Shown piece by piece: positions 48,335 to 48,543 of a DNA stretch of 48,543 bases. The stretch's first letter is position 1, and each line of letters opens with the position of its first letter. Position numbers and translations under genes: made by a program. This DNA comes from Chiloscyllium plagiosum (taxonomy: Eukaryota). Under the pieces are notes generated by a model. That model had not been told where the DNA came from. It did not search any database and saw only the letters and a program-made list of their open reading frames with translations. The stretch covers positions 7,248,133-7,296,675 of the forward strand of contig NC_057751.1 of the NCBI RefSeq assembly GCF_004010195.1, written 5' to 3'.

Positions 48335-48543
48335 TTTAAAATAGTGATGGAAAAGGATCGACCAGATCTAAAAGTTGAAGTCCTAAATTGGAGAAAGGCC
48401 AATTTTGACGGTATTAGGCAAGAACTTTCAAAAGCTGATTGGAGGCAGATGTTCACAGGTAAAGGGACGGCTGGAAAATGGGAAGCCTTCAGAAATGAGA
48501 TAACGAGAATCCAGAGAAAGTATATTCCTGTCAGGGTGAAAGG
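48335..48543 (+). mobile_element. Young CR1 ORF2 segment (post-endonuclease linker), running off the window
   Basis: Open frame KIVMEKDRPDLKVEVLNWRKANFDGIRQELSKADW...KWEAFRNEITRIQRKYIPVRVK. Confidence 0.88.

Overview
Eukaryotic, TE-dense, essentially non-coding DNA from a cartilaginous fish. HE1-type tRNA SINEs with HER1/CR1 tails point to an elasmobranch, probably a shark (inferred from the repeat families only). More than half of the window is retroelement-derived: two near full-length degenerate CR1 LINEs, many CR1 fragments, seven HE1 SINE copies or fragments, older Deu-type and tRNA SINEs, L2 relics, at least six Penelope-like (PLE) elements or derivatives with hammerhead-ribozyme motifs, solo LTRs and two Tigger/pogo-type MITEs. 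There is also a degenerate tandem array of a ~70-bp unit and a 394-nt assembly gap. No complete protein-coding gene is present, and nearly all listed ORFs are TE remnants or noise. A few isolated + strand exon candidates suggest the window lies in the 5' introns of a large host gene, with a possible first coding exon at 45474-45642. Its peptide has a weak, unverified resemblance to the PCBP3 N-terminal extension. The best observations are: a 158-bp mini-PLE with an intact minimal hammerhead core; a TSD-bounded 488-bp PLE carrying only an open GIY-YIG domain; a four-layer nested TE stack; and a 2.1-kb block of older DNA apparently inserted into a CR1. I found no evidence of a genuinely new multi-gene system. 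All repeat names come from recall, not from database searches, and boundaries of old repeats are approximate.
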